Below, piece by piece: positions 1 to 31,847 of a DNA stretch of 64,000 bases. How positions within the stretch are numbered: the stretch's first letter is position 1; the number at the start of each line of letters is the position of its first letter. The position numbers were made by a program, and so were the translations under genes. Source of the stretch: Styela clava (lineage: Eukaryota); the NCBI RefSeq assembly GCF_964204865.1, contig NC_135252.1, positions 7,068,001 to 7,132,000 on the forward strand. The letters run 5' to 3'. Below the pieces are notes generated by a model. That model did no database searches and had not been told where the DNA came from. It saw only the letters and a program-made list of their open reading frames with translations.

Positions 1-2639
1 ATTTAGATACATAATAATTATTCGAAAAAAAAATCAATTATAAGCATTATCAAGAATATATATATATAATAGCAGTATTCCAATGCAAGGTTATTGCCGA
101 CCTGACCTTAACCAGAACTAAAATATTTTAAATCGGCTGATATTTAAGAATTGGCATTTTGTGTCACTAGCAATCGTGAATCTAAAAGAAGTGACATCAC
201 TGTTTTAATATTTCGCAAATAATTCAATTAATCGTTGCAACTGACTTTTACATTGTATTCCATGAATTTTGTACAGACCATTTTTGAAACATTCATTTTA
301 TTCCCAGCACATAACAGAGAAATGAAACCAAAATACCAACTTCATCAGAACAGCTGAAAATTTCGTAACATCGAATCAGTAAATGGAAAAAGGGCAATTT
401 TGAAGGTTCATTTCATAACTCTTAACAAATCTTGCAGTGTACAATTCCAGACGGTTGTTAGAATTAACAAACAGGGTCTTGATAAAAACCAAACATGGGA
501 GAAAAAGAGATTTCCAGCCAACAATACAAACTGTTTTCCATATCACTCTCATAAAAAAAATCTCATATTTTGCCCATAGGGAATCAATTAATAGATATTA
601 CTTGAAAATGTATTTTAAATGAACATATTTCAATAGAAAGGGTTTTCAAAAACTATGCACTGATGTGGTATTGCTATCAATTTTGACTATTTGAGCATTC
701 TTTTTATTGAACAAAAAGGTACCTTAGGGAAAATAAACAAGTCTACATTACCTATATAATTTTAGAAAAAAAACGAATCATTTGAAAAATTACCCTATTT
801 GTACAAGAAAACTAATTACCGGTAGTTTTATTTATCACTACATACTGGAAAATGAAAATTTCTGATCAGCATTTCAAAAAAAACGTTTTGATTTCATTGC
901 AAAGCTAAAGAAGATTGCTCTCGCAGCATCATTGCTTGATCAAAAACAACAAAAACAAAGCGTAAAGACTAAATAGGAATAGCAAAAAAATATAAAAAGC
1001 AAAAAGCATGTTATTTATGCATGAGATTTACATCACCATAATAAAATGAATTACAATCTTATACAAAATAATATTGTAAAAAGCAATTTACACCATTTAG
1101 ACATGGGCAGTTGTGAATGATCTAACTATATTATAACCTAGCATTCGGTTATGGGGCATATTTAATAAAAGGCATAAAAGAGTCCAATATGTTTAATCTG
1201 TAACCTTATCCGCAAAGAATTCAGTAGTACATCGATCCAATCTAATCAAAAGAGCCAAAAAAATTGGTCAAAAACAAGCATAAAAATCCAAGCACATACT
1301 AACTCGCAATATTTTTACAGCATGAAGACAATAATAGGGCATGAGAAATTGTAAACAATACAGAAATATTTGAAATACTGTTTTAATTTTACATTCCAAG
1401 TTTTCGAACCCAAGTCTAATAAATAAATGTGTGGCATTGACTGATAAATTGAAGTTATTTACATTTACTAAGTCTTATTATTCAAACTGAATTAATGAAA
1501 CTTTATGAAACAAGAATGAAAACATTCGGCAGACAGTGTACTGCAAAAATGAGCGCATCATTTGAATGAATGGAGAAGCACCGCAGTCTCTCGGAAAACT
1601 GATCTCTGTGCAGAAATACCCACTTTTCATTGGTTGCGCCATACGCAATTAAGATAACGAAAAAAAATTATATAAAAATAATAGATAACAAAGCCGGTCA
1701 ATGTGACTGATTAAAAGGGACACCTACAGCCCAAATTTAATTAAAAAATCGAAATCTCACTAAGTTTAATGGGATACTTGCTTATAATTCTATTACATTT
1801 CTATATGTGTCCCACTCATCGGTAATAAACAGAAGTACATTATCAATACAAAAGAAAATGCTGAAAAAATTAAAAATTAGTAGCATGATATAGCTCCGAA
1901 GAAGGTGGACATAATTTGGGCAACACAAACTACCATTTACATTGAACACTTCTCCAAAAGTAAGATTGTTCAAAATGATAATTCGAAAGCATTCAAAATT
2001 CATTATATTTGACACAGTATATATGTGGTTTTCGAAAGAAATTAGATTAATTATTTTTGAAAATTTAGCGTTTTGAACATTTGAAATCTGATGGTAAGAC
2101 ACGAAGTGAACTTCACTTAATTTCTGACACCATTCCGCAACTAAATTTAATTTCTATCAATTTACAACGAATTTCTCTGTTGATCCCAATTTATTGTATA
2201 TAGGATATTCCAAATTTGAATTTTTTTTCGAATGTGTATTCAGAATAGTAAAGTATTCAAGTTAGGCCATCCCTAGCACATGCCATTAAATCTTTTTTAT
2301 TTCCCAATATGAGTGATACAGTATAGTTAAAAGCAGAAGAACTATCGTTACCTTTTATTATATTTTAACAATATGCAAATACCCAATCAACTACGATAAA
2401 TTTTTCATAGTAAAATGTTTAGATTATCATATCCAGTTCCTTCAGAATACAGATTCCGCAAATACAATGAACGACAAAATAACAAATAGGGCAGTTACAA
2501 ACGATAATCGCTTATGCATCACACTCTCAAATTTGGCACAACAGGTTTAGCATATATCGAATCAGACCATATCTGGAGAACGAACTGGCCAACCGTAACC
2601 TCGGGTTTTGACTGTTTAAATTCTTCATATTCATTGTAT

Positions 2640-20280
<17,641 letters not shown>

Positions 20281-21387
20281 CTCCCAACTTTTAAATGGTA
20301 TAATTTTTCACAAATGTGAAACAGATTTTTGAATAACAAAAAACTTATTCAAAGAGCTAGTTCAAATCAATCCTCAGCTCCTCTAGTCAAAGTTATTGCA
20401 GTGCTGTTACCCCAAAAACAGGAAAGCAGACGATTCAAACAGATTTTCTGTTCCCGTTTTCATCTGTCGCTATATTCGAATGTTGCTTGATGATAAAATA
20501 CCGTACTGAAATAAGTTGTTACTGTGTTTATGTGAGCACTCTCAGACTATGGCTTTCAAATTCTGAAAATAGGACACAAACTATTAGATAAACGAACAGC
20601 GTTAGCGAACTGGTACCGTCAATACGTCACTGTGTTAAAAGAATGAGTTCCGCAGTACCGGTACAGGAATAGCTCAGGAACAGGACACGGATAGTTCATA
20701 TTATGACTGTATGACAATGCAGTAACTACCGTATATGCTGGACTGACTAATAAGGTTACATATCCTAAAAAAATTGTAGTTTGTGAGAATCGATCGAGTA
20801 GCACTTCAATTTCATAATTTGATAATTGAAAAACATTCAGAATTGTGTCAGATATAAAAATATGAATTAATTTATGGTAGCATTAGAACTAACGGTCAAG
20901 TTACCCTACATTCATATTTCAGTACAGTATGTACGCTTTTCTTTAATTCATACAGTAATATAAAACATAGATATGCAGATGCAGTTATACAAAAAAGTGA
21001 AACACAACAACTTATCTATCTACTTTTTTTGGGGGGGTGGCCAAATTAAAATCCATTGCCAATTTGGATTCATGAATATGATATTTTTGGTTATCGAAAT
21101 ACATGATTTCAAATTAGTTCAAAACTATCTACCTTTCCTGTTATCACAATTAATGTAATTATGTAAACTTGCCGTAGAACCGAAAATACGAACTCTTAGT
21201 AATAAAGAATTTGACATTCACCGCTGTCATCGACTACTAGAGTAGACACAATTTTGCAATATGCTCTATAGCGTCTCCACGTGATGACACAAATCACGAT
21301 CCCGGATGAATCGAAATGTACCTAGGAGAGAGAGAGAGAATTTATTGTTTCTTCAAACCAGAAAACACATACAATATATATATATAT

Positions 21388-22948
21388 CAGTGGCGGCGCG
21401 TCAATATGGCCAACCGGGGCAATGCCCCGGTTGTTTTTTCGGTATAATAAAAAATATTCGAAAAATACCTCAATATTGGTTGCACAGACTGTCTACAGTC
21501 TACACTAGCCATATTCTCCCGACATGGTTCATTTTTCGCTCGCAAAGCCTTCGCCGAACGTCGACGGGGCGACGCCGATTTTGCCCCGGTTGCTCATTAT
21601 TCTCTCTTATCTTCCACTCGCCGCGTTTGTCTCGTTTGTTTTCTGTTTCTTTTACTAAATCATCGGGGCCGATCGGGGCTAGCCCCGAAATTATGACGAC
21701 ACAATGCCGACGTTTCTTACAACAACGTGTTGACATATTCACGCATTGAGGCGGCAGGGGTAAAGCTTCTGCTAGAAGATGGTGAGTTTTCATTTTTTCT
21801 CGCTTTTTTCTCCACAATATTCTATCACGTGGATGTATTATACGGCGCATTGCAGTAAAGGCTAATGGATGGAGCGTCTGTGCAGTCGTGTATTTCAGAC
21901 TTCTGCGATGCTGTATCTCGTATCCGGGAAACAATAAAATACGACGACACATGGAGTGCTTCTTTACGCCGCGGGCAAACAACGCAGCGTTTGATTTTGT
22001 CTGCAAAGGAATGCTGTGACATTCTGGTGAATCAAATAGGCGATCGTCTGCGCACTGAACACCTTGCCGCGTTCTCTTTGATGAACCCCAAAAATTTTTC
22101 AAAATTTGCACGTCAATTTCCCATCCATTTGTTGGCTACTGTCTCCAAATTTTACCCCATGATAAACGTGGGTAAATTGGAAAATGAATTGCGATGTATA
22201 TACACCAATCAAACTTTTTTGAACATCACATCAACTTGCGCGCTCTATGGGTTCCTCATAGATAACACTCTAGTAACTACCTTTGCGGCGTCTGCAAAAT
22301 TTTTGGACATCATTTTGACGACGCCTATTTCTTCCGCCGACGCAGAGCGAACATTCAGCACGCTGAAGCATATTAAAACGTATCTCAGAAACACAATGAA
22401 GCAAGATAGATTAAATTCCTTGGCTGTTTTATCCATTCACAGAGACGTTATTTCTGCATGACTTTAATCAGCGCGTTATTGAGCATTTTGCTTCCAAGAA
22501 ACCGCGGCGTGTTGCATATATGTTCAAGCAGTAGAAGTCTAGCAGCATATATATCTATGAGTGAGCGACGCATGTCCTTATCTTTGCATTAACTTTCCTT
22601 TCTTCATAGTAACGTTTTGAACCTTATTTTAGGTTTTGTCTGCTTTCGCGAAGTTTCTGTTAATATGTCATTGTATTTATCTGGGTAAACATTGCCTTTC
22701 CTTTTGAAAGAGGTTTCAAAATAAACTATGTCTATATTTTTTAATCCCTTGACTTTGACCGGTTTTAAAGACACTTTCTTATCGTTAAAAATTGTCGCTT
22801 TTGCCGATTGGTTGTTACCGATGGAATGGTTTTTATACTCATAAAATGATGGGCGAACTTACAGCGCTCATCTTGTCCCCGTAGATGGGGGTGACTTGGT
22901 CCCGCAGTAGCTTGCCCTGGTTGTCAAAATGACCACGCGCCGCCACTG
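21388..22948 (+). mobile_element. Internally deleted, decayed hAT-superfamily DNA transposon
   Basis: 14-bp perfect TIR cagtggcggcgcgt / acgcgccgccactg, extending imperfectly (caacc.gggcaa); 8-bp TSD atatatat / ttatatat; carries only the transposase C-terminus. Confidence 0.9.
21767..22533 (+). pseudogene. hAT transposase C-terminal fragment (hATC dimerization domain)
   Basis: ORF 21865-22461 contains PISSADAERTFSTLKHIKTYLRNTMKQDRLNSLAVLSIH. There is an upstream in-frame stop (…YGALQ*RLMDG) and a frameshift near 22455 before the typical tail VIEHFASKKPRR. Confidence 0.85.
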
Positions 22949-23094
22949 TTATATATGATAGCAAAATGAGAAAAATTAGGTTTCGGTAGATGACTTGGTG
23001 GTGACGATACGACCATTAACAGTCATCTGAGTCGGTTACCAGCTAAAGCAAGCACATGAATAAATAAATTAATAACACAAGTCCATGCTTCCGA

Positions 23095-23216
23095 AAACAA
23101 ATAACTGGCTAACTAATCCCATACCGACCTGGTAACCGGACGAGAGGCCGTGGTTCGCCATATGATTAAGACGTCTTATCGGCTTTCCTCTCCCTCGGGA
23201 TAAATATGTAGATCCC
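23095..23216 (+). repeat. SINE-like 3' fragment
   Basis: ctaactaatcccatacc...ggacgagaggccgtggttcgccatatgattaag...ggctttcctctccc.cgggataaatatgta resembles an interspersed repeat tail I recall from ascidian genomes; not verified. Confidence 0.4.
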
Positions 23217-25503
23217 GTAATATTACACTCTCAAGATATACATATGGAAAAAATATATACATACACTATGTAAAAAAATGATATCTGATTAGATATGAGA
23301 TAAATATCTAATCGGGACTAGGAAGTTATTTAAATAAATTTTAAATAGAGAAGAGCAAAAAATAAGAATTCCATACCAAATATATTATTATTTAGTATAT
23401 TAATTTACACTTTCAATATATTCTGAATCTTCTTTTGTGCTTACACACGATAAAATATAAGGGATAAGATCACAGGGAAATTGAAAGTTTTATAAGTGAC
23501 AATAATGTGTCGTCTGAATGTGTAAGGATCGTTTCGAGAATTGCTCTACTGACGTACTTTGCTGTCAAATACATATAGGCGCGCATATTTATCTATCTTG
23601 GTGTTTGGTTCATTTGGTGAAAGGATTATTGTTATCAAACCAGGAAATGTCCGGTTTCAGTAAATCGTTTAGGAATAGAGCAAAATGGCGTTGGAAAGGA
23701 GGGCTATGAATTTATATCTCACTGCAAATGCCGCGAAATTCTGTTTGAACAAAATTGTTGATTTTTTGGGGAGTGGCGGTGGTATGGCCCCACAGGCCCC
23801 CGCACTGACTACGCCTATTGATACAGTACCAGTTATGTGATATTTTCAGTACAAGGATACAGTTGGCTTTGACGATCTCTCCGACAATAGTCTTGAAACG
23901 GTACATTATTTCTCGCGGAATTGGTGGAACTGTCTTCTTGACGAATATCACAGTGCGTAATGTAAGGATCGGGCATGATTAAAGTCCTGGACAAAAACGT
24001 TGTTGAAAATTACGGCCAATAAAGTAAGTAAAAGATGATAACATTTATATATATATGAAAATAGTTTAAGTAATTAAAAGATGATAACATTTATATATAT
24101 TTATATATATATATATATGAAAATAATTTAAGAGAGAAAGAATTGAAGATCGATATGATGATGACTTTGACATGTGACTCACCCTCCTGATAATTCGGTA
24201 TCCATAAAGAATGTAACTAAGTATGAAAACCATGATATAATAAACTATCATACAATCATATAATGTATCTGTAATTCTGGAGGCCTATAATAGATGGAAA
24301 TCATTTGAAGAGGAGGAATTGAATAACGATATTGCAATGAATTTATCTGATTACAGCTCGCTCTATGACTCGGTACTTTTCATGGTTTCAAAATAGTTTG
24401 AAAGGGAATGCCACTCAGAGAGTGTTATATTAGTAACAGGGGGTTCGGCGGTGTGGCGTACAAAATAGCACAAAGTAGCCCAAGTACCTGAGTACAATTG
24501 CCGTAACCAAAATTTAAGAGACAAACACACGGTGGAGATGAACGCTAGGCACGGTGAAGTAAAAGGGAAATCGATCATGTCAAAAATTAATCACCCGCTA
24601 GTTATCCGGGGAATTCTATTAAAATTATACTATGGATCGAAACTAGAAAATGAGTCGAATTCCATGTGTCTCACGAACGCGAATTTTCGAAATTTTGACC
24701 CATTTTTCTGGGCAGTTTCTTTAAAAAAAATAACCGCTGATGAAGTTTCTTGCCACGAAGGAAATTAATGTCAGGAAACTAATAATGCATTTTCCAATGT
24801 TAGCTACGTTTCACGAAAAATATCTTGTTATTGTAGAATAATGAATTTTGAGAGCTTCCGTTGGTGTGAAAATCTGCAGAACATCACATTTCACAAATGA
24901 GTAAATTTAGTGATTCTACAATGAAATGGTTCTGCATTCCAATTAATTAGTCATCGGGGAGTAATCTAATTTTGACGAAAACAGAACGCCATTGTCCAAA
25001 CTTATATATATTATAATATTAATTTAGATACATTTTTTAAGATATTTTCGTACATCAATGTTTGACATGAGACAAGAAGGTCAGCATAAGCTTTACCCGA
25101 TAATTGCTCTGTGTCGAAAGAAATTAGTCAAACCGTAATTAATGGTCTGATGATATCCGTGCTTCTTTGTGACCGCGGAACCGGGATCGGAATTGCGACA
25201 AAATTGGTCGCCATGGCTACCTCGGCCGTACTTCGGCGCCTCTGGATCGTAAATTTGTTTCCCAACTGGAGACAAACAGGCAGACAGGTCTCGATATCCC
25301 AACAGGCGGACAGACCTCGCGCCAGGCTGGAAAGCATGGCATTGTCGTCAACCGTTCAATATCGTTAACCGTCGGCCTAATTTTTCAATCGTCAAGTTTA
25401 CAGCAAACTTCTTCATTTTATCAGAGCTATAATTTTTTGAAACCACGTACCCTTCTCAATGGCATGTTGGCTTGAAACTGGGAAAGCCCGGTAGCCTCAA
25501 AAG

Positions 25504-25706
25504 GGTGACCGTACATTTGTACCCATGTACATTTGAACCCATGCGTATATCCACGGGTTCAATCTATATGCGGGTGCTAAAACCCATGGGTTAGGGTTAG
25601 TATGGGTTTAACTATCCATGAAACAAAAAAAATTCCATAGGTGCAATAGCATACAGGTGCAATTGTCATGGGTTCAAATGTACGTGGGTTCAAATGTAAT
25701 GGAACC
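25504..25706. mobile_element. Foldback/MULE-like MITE with 9-bp TSD (second copy 27857-28059)
   Basis: Inverted tacatttgaaccc / gggttcaaatgta repeats; perfect direct flank cctcaaaag on both sides; internal gggttagggttag. Confidence 0.75.
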
Positions 25707-26197
25707 CCTCAAAAGATGTCGTGATAACACGGTTGTGCAAATTGGTGCACAAAATAAATTCATTACAGAATTTTTTATTATCAATTTTACTTTCTGATTT
25801 CCTAAGGTTCCGCGAGGTGATATAAAAAACGTAGATGGGCAACAAAGTTTGAGAAACGCTGGTGTAACCGATCATTGTATGAAATTGTCGTATGCGTTCA
25901 ATTCCTATAATTTGTAAATTACGGATATATATATATATATTGTGTGTAAGTTTTTATGCAAAGTTACCAATGTGCAGCACATATTCAATTGCAATATATA
26001 TATATGACACTATTACAGATTTCTGATACGATAACGGAAGTTCATAGCAAAAATTTCTATTTTATTTTTATCCGTAGCTCGACTAATGAGAATATATTCG
26101 ACTATCCATTGCCACAAATGCTAACTCCTTATAAATCACATCCAACGTTACGTTTTTTCACTATGTATTATTCTACAGTAATTACTATTCTCATGCC

Positions 26198-27018
26198 CAG
26201 GGATGTAAGTTTCGAATATATTTTTTTCGAATCGAATTTCGAATCACAATGTTCCGATTCGAATATTTGCGAATCTGATTCTATTTAGTATATCATCATA
26301 TTATTGTTAACTTAGGAGGAAATATAGTATAAATTTTGATAAAATAACAATAATGAGCCCAAAGTAGGATTAAAGTTACTAGAAAAACACATTCCACGGA
26401 TTTATCGACTATCAAATATATTCCACATGAGATTTATTTTTTGTTAGTGGTCACATATTTATTTACATACAATATCGGTTTTCTAGTATCTAATGATTGT
26501 TTCTTCTAAAATTGATCTTCAAAATACACCCAAATGATAATCGCTACTTAGTACCGTTTGCGCCATGATTTTATAAGAAGCAATGATAACGTGGGAAGCA
26601 TCGCAGGCTGGTTTTTAATAATATATATATAAAGCAATGATGTTTTATTATAATAATATTATGTAGATAATTTGAAGGAACCTTTATATATTGAAATATT
26701 TGTGGGACTCCGTAACATTTTAATTAATAAAGAAAAATGAGCAAAACCATTGGCCCCTTTAAAGCTGCTACCAATATAAAATATAACAACTCTGGGAGTG
26801 TTAGACTTTGAAAAGCTGTAAACGCAAGGAAAATAAACGCTTTTGGGCGATATCGAGACTGCGCCGCTCATCGAGCGTCGTGCAAATGTCCTGTGTTATC
26901 TATGTAATTCATTTTTAAATAGAATCAAGCCTCTTTTTTCTAAATTGCTTCGAATCGATTCGAACTGATGTTGATTCGAATCGCTTCGATTCGAAATTCT
27001 GAAACTTTCAACCCCACG
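26198..27018. mobile_element. hAT-like non-autonomous element with TTCGAA subterminal repeats (second copy in the duplicate)
   Basis: Ends cagggatgtaagtttc / gaaactttcaacccc; clusters of ttcgaa at both ends; 8-bp TSD ctcatgcc / gtcatgcc. Confidence 0.65.
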
Positions 27019-30000
27019 GTCATGCCGTTTAATCCGGCAGAATCGGGCCTTAACATTGTTTTGGGACATAAAGTTTTTTTTATTGTTCAGATATAATGTA
27101 TATGACATATATAATGATACCCAGGTGGGTGTGGAGTGTATAATGTTGAGCAATTTTTTTTAAGTGGATTCAAAGTATTCGGTCCAAGATGACGCACATC
27201 CTGAACCCTAACCTGGTAAACATACAATGTTCGGGTTGTACGCCATCTTGATACGAATACTTCAGGAGCGCCTTTTTGTTAAAAACACTTATTTCATAAC
27301 TACATGGTTTAGTTTTGCATACATAGTAACATTAAACCTCCTTACAATGTCAGAAATTCAATTTTAGTAGAATAAATGGTAGTTTATTTCACTAATACAA
27401 GCCAAGATCCATCGACAGCATCTAGCCACTTTCTATTGCGCTATTCAAACTACATTTGCATTGCCGCGCGCATTTCGTTTTCCTAGTTTAAGCTTAGGGA
27501 CTTGGGAAATATTTTATTAGTTGACTTGGATTGGAATATTTGACCTTGTCTTTCACTCCGAACAAGGCCATGTAAAACCATCCACTGGTATCTAAAGATG
27601 TATAACGTGTTTTCTTTTGGAAGAACCGCAACCTTTCAGTGCTGCATTGACTTTGGCAAAATTAATATATCCTTGTGGAGATAGAAGGTATGCGTATGCG
27701 AAACCGAGATGTGCACCTGTTATGCCAACATAGTTGAGTCAAACGTTTTGAATACTAGTACATCTTCATTTTATCAGAGCTATAATTTTTTGAAACCACG
27801 TACTCTTCTCAATGGCATGTTGGCTTGAAACTGGGAAAGCCCGGTAGCCTCAAAAGGGTGACCGTACATTTGAACCCATGTACATTTGAACCCATGCGTA
27901 TATCCACGGGTTCAATCTATATGCGGGTGCTAAAACCCATGGGTTAGGGTTAGTATGGGTTTAACTATCCATGAAACAAAAAAAATTCCATAGGTGCAAT
28001 AGCATACAGGTGCAATTGTCATGGGTTCAAATGTACGAGGGTTCAAATGTAATGGAACCCCTCAAAAGATGTCGTGATAACACGGTTGTGCAAATTGATG
28101 CACAAAATAAATTCATTACAGAATTTTTATTATCAATTTTACTTTCTGATTTCCTAAGATTCCGCGAGGTGATATAAAAAACGTAGATGGGCAACAAAGT
28201 TTGAGAAACGCTGGTGTAACCGATCATTGTATGAAATTGTCGTATGCGTTCAATTCCTATAATTTGTAAATTACGGATATATATATATATATATTGTGTG
28301 TAAGTTTTTATGCAAAGTTACCAATGTGCAGCACATATTCAATTGCAATATATATATATATATATATGACACTATTACAGATTTCTGATACGATAACGAA
28401 AGTTCATAGCAAAAATTTCTATTTTATTTTTATCCGTAGCTCGACTAATGAGAATATATACGACTATCCACTGCCACAAATGCTAACTCCTTATAAATCA
28501 CATCCAACGTTACGTTTTTTCACTATGTATTATTCTACAGTAATTACTATTCTCATGCCCAGGGATGTAAGTTTCGAATATATTTTTTTCGAATCGAATT
28601 TCGAATCACAATGTTCCGCTTCGAATATTTCCGAATCTGATCCTATTTAGTATATCATCATTTTATTGTAAACTTAGGAGGAAATATAGTATAAATTTTG
28701 ATAAAATAACAATAATGAGCCCAAAGTAGGATTAAAGTTACTAGAAATACACATTCCACGGATTTATCGACTATCAAATATATTCCACATGAGATTTATT
28801 TTTTGTTGGTGGTCACATATTTATTTACATACAATATCGGTTTTCTAGTATCTAATGATTGTTTCTTCTAAAATTGATCTTCAAAATACACCCAAATGAT
28901 AATCGCTACTTGGTACCGTTTGCGCCATGATTTTATAAGAAACAATGATAACGTGGGAAGCATCGCAGGCTGGTTTTTAATAATATATATATAAAGCAAT
29001 GATGTTCTATTATAATAATATTATGTAGATAATTTAAAGGAACCTTTATATATTGAAATATTTGTGGGACTCCGTAACATTTTAATTAATAAAGAAAAAT
29101 GAGCAAAACCATTGGCCCCTCTAAAGCTGCTACCAATATAAAATATAACAACTCTGGGAGTGTTAGACTTTGAAAAGCTGTAAACGCAAGGAAAATAAAC
29201 GCTTTTGGGCGATATCGAGACTGCGCCGCTGCATCGAGCGTCGTGCAATTGTCCTGTGTTATCTATGTAATTCATTTTTAAATAGAATCAAGCCTCTTTT
29301 TTCTAAATTGCTTCGAATCGATTCGAACTGATGTTGATTCGAATCGCTTCGATTCGAAATTCTGAAACTTTCAACCCCACGGTCATGCCGTTTAATCCGG
29401 CAGAATCGGGCCTTAACATTGCTTTGGGACATAAAGTTTTTTTTATTGTTCAGATATCATGTATATGACATATATAATGATACCCAGGTGGGTGTGGAGT
29501 ATATAATGTTGAGCAATTTTTTTTAAGTGGATTCAAAGTATTCGGTCCAAGATGACGCACATCCTGAATCCTAACCTGGTAAACATACAATGTTCGGGTT
29601 GTACGCCATCTTGATACGAATACTTCAGGAGCGCCTTTTTGTTAAAAACAATCATTTCATAACTACATGGTTTCGTTTTGCATACATAGTAACATTAAAC
29701 CTCCTTACAATGTCAGAAATTCAATTTTAGTAGAATAAATGGTAGTTTATTTCACTAATACAAGCCAAGATCCATCGACAGCATCTAGCCACTTTCTATT
29801 GCGCTATTCAAACTACATTTGCGTTGCCGCGCGCATTTCGTTTTCCTAGTTTAAGCTTAGGGACTTGAGAAATATTTTATTAGTTGACTTGGATTGGAAT
29901 ATTTGACCTTGTCTTTCACTCCGAACAAGGCCATGTAAAACCATCCACTGGTATCTAAAGATGTATAACGTGTTTTCTTTTGGAAGAACCGCAACCTTTC

Positions 30001-31509
30001 AGTGCTGCATTGACTTTGGCAAAATTAATATATCCTTGTGGAGATAGAAGGTATGCGTATGCGAAACCGAGATGTGCACCTGTTATGCCAACATAGTTGA
30101 GTCAAACGTTTTGAATACTAGTAAATCACACACATTTTCCTGTGTGCTTCGGTTGTACGTAGTAACGCGCACATTTTTGCGCACATGCATTATATTCCAC
30201 TTGATTATTTAGCTATAGGTTTTTGATGAGCTTTCGTGTATGATTTCATTCCATAGAATTTGTATGCTGTTCTAAAGAATACTAGTTTCAGCTTTTCTCA
30301 TTCATTCAAACCACGTGTTGAAAGTAAGTTTTGTAATATTGCGTGTTGGTTTACAACATCCTTAAATCGGTGATGCCAGTAAATCTTTAATACAAAAAGA
30401 TCAGTAACATCTGCAATAAAAACAGCAGTACCCACTCAAATGACAGCTGGGGGATGGATACTCTTAGTATCTGCTCCATCACGTGCCTCTTACAGTCTTA
30501 CCAGTTTACATGAGTGCCAATTGGTATCTAAGCTCAGCCAAAGACGGACTGCAGTTGGCGTGACGAAATGTTTTTAAATATATATTCTACAATAAGATTA
30601 TTTGATTGCACACTACTGAAAGTTCCGCCTTATATGTCTTTTCACTATTCCTTTACTGATATTCGATAATATGACGCTCATCAGACATAGTTCTTAAAGT
30701 GTGTAGATGGGTATAATCTTTTCCACGCTGTTCAGATGGGAATGCGCGAATATATATAAGAATTGCTAATATTGGTTTGCAATGCGATGAAATCCCATCT
30801 TGGCATTTCTGCCTCTCGCAATTGCTGCGTATACTTATCGGGGAAGTTCTGTGGCGTGGTTATCAAATAAAAAAAAAACATGGGAGTATTTTTTCTACTT
30901 CTCTACTACTATCAAACCTTGACATTTTGTGAAAACTTTTTTCCATGCAACCTTTTTTAAAAACATCCCCAACAACCACAATTAATTTTGTTATTAAACT
31001 TCCGAAACAAAAACATAAAATCATCAACAGATGCATATCACCAAGTAAATATTGCTGAATTGATCTTTATTTTACCATTTTTCATGTAATTCTTTTTGGT
31101 AAACCTGTTATCTATCGTAAATATAGCACATTTGACAATGTTGTAGTGTGACTTTTTTGGCCTCACATTTTTGATATTTGTAGTTAGAGCTCTTGGGGCT
31201 CTGTCAAACAAAGTTACATAGGCTACAAAATATTGGTTGTAAATTGCAAAACATGATCCTGTTGTTGGAATAACTTGACACTTTACCACGCGTATATATC
31301 ATATATATCATTCATTGTTGAGAATATTAATTCTCGCTAACAAATAATTGACTGTACTCCACCGGGTGTATATACACTTGAACCACAGGCATTAGCAGGC
31401 TTGTATTGTTAATTGCAACAAAAACGGGTATTTTGAAATAGTACTCTTTATTTCACGCGTATGTTTCGACAGTATTTCCATATACTGTATATGGGACCCA
31501 AAGCTGGAC

Positions 31510-31847
31510 TCAACAAATACCTAAAAGTTATTGATTTTATTTCCTAGTAAATTTGGTGCTTGCGTGGTTTGTGCACCAAGATTGCGCACAACCTGAACAT
31601 AGTATTGTAACAGGTTATGGTTCAGGTTGTGCGTTATTATGATACACATGTTTGACGAAAAACACTAATACAAATATCTCAATAAATACCTAAAAGTTAT
31701 TGATTTTATTTCCTAGTAAATTCGGTGCTTGCGTAGTTTTTGCACCAAGATTGCGCACAACCAGAACATAGTATTGTAACAGGTTATAGTTCAGGTTGTG
31801 CGTCATTATGATGCACAGGTTTGACGAAAAACACTAATACAAATATC
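31510..31847. repeat. Tandem duplication, 2 x 169 bp, each containing a small palindromic MITE-like core
   Basis: tcaa.aaatacctaaaagttattg...aatacaaatatc is repeated; the core caagattgcgcacaacctgaac...gttcaggttgtgcg is related to 27176-27260. Confidence 0.9.

Larger units (their letters stand above)
25410..30123. repeat. Direct tandem duplication, 2 x ~2.35 kb (25410-27760 and 27763-30123)
   Basis: Copies align end to end (tcttcattttatcagagc ... gttttgaatactagta), with roughly 30-35 substitutions or small indels counted by eye; the ORF track shows duplicated spurious ORFs. Confidence 0.97.

Noticed and set aside
21306-22436. ORFs 21306-21749 (+), 21500-22111 (-) and 22245-22436 (-)
   Set aside because: Alternative-frame or antisense shadows of the GC-richer hAT element.
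23850-23960. Plus-strand acceptor followed by YKDTVGFDDLSDNSLETVHYFSRNWWNCLLDEYHSA*
   Set aside because: No upstream exon or homology identified; compatible with chance.
25588-25600. Telomere-like gggttagggttag
   Set aside because: Only two units, inside a MITE; not an interstitial telomere array.
25690-29275. Pairs of near-identical 60-118 aa ORFs
   Set aside because: They arise from the tandem duplication and its MITEs; indels between copies change their frames.
31510-31847. Repeat arrays considered as CRISPR-like
   Set aside because: Eukaryotic context, only two long units, no repeat-spacer structure and no cas genes.
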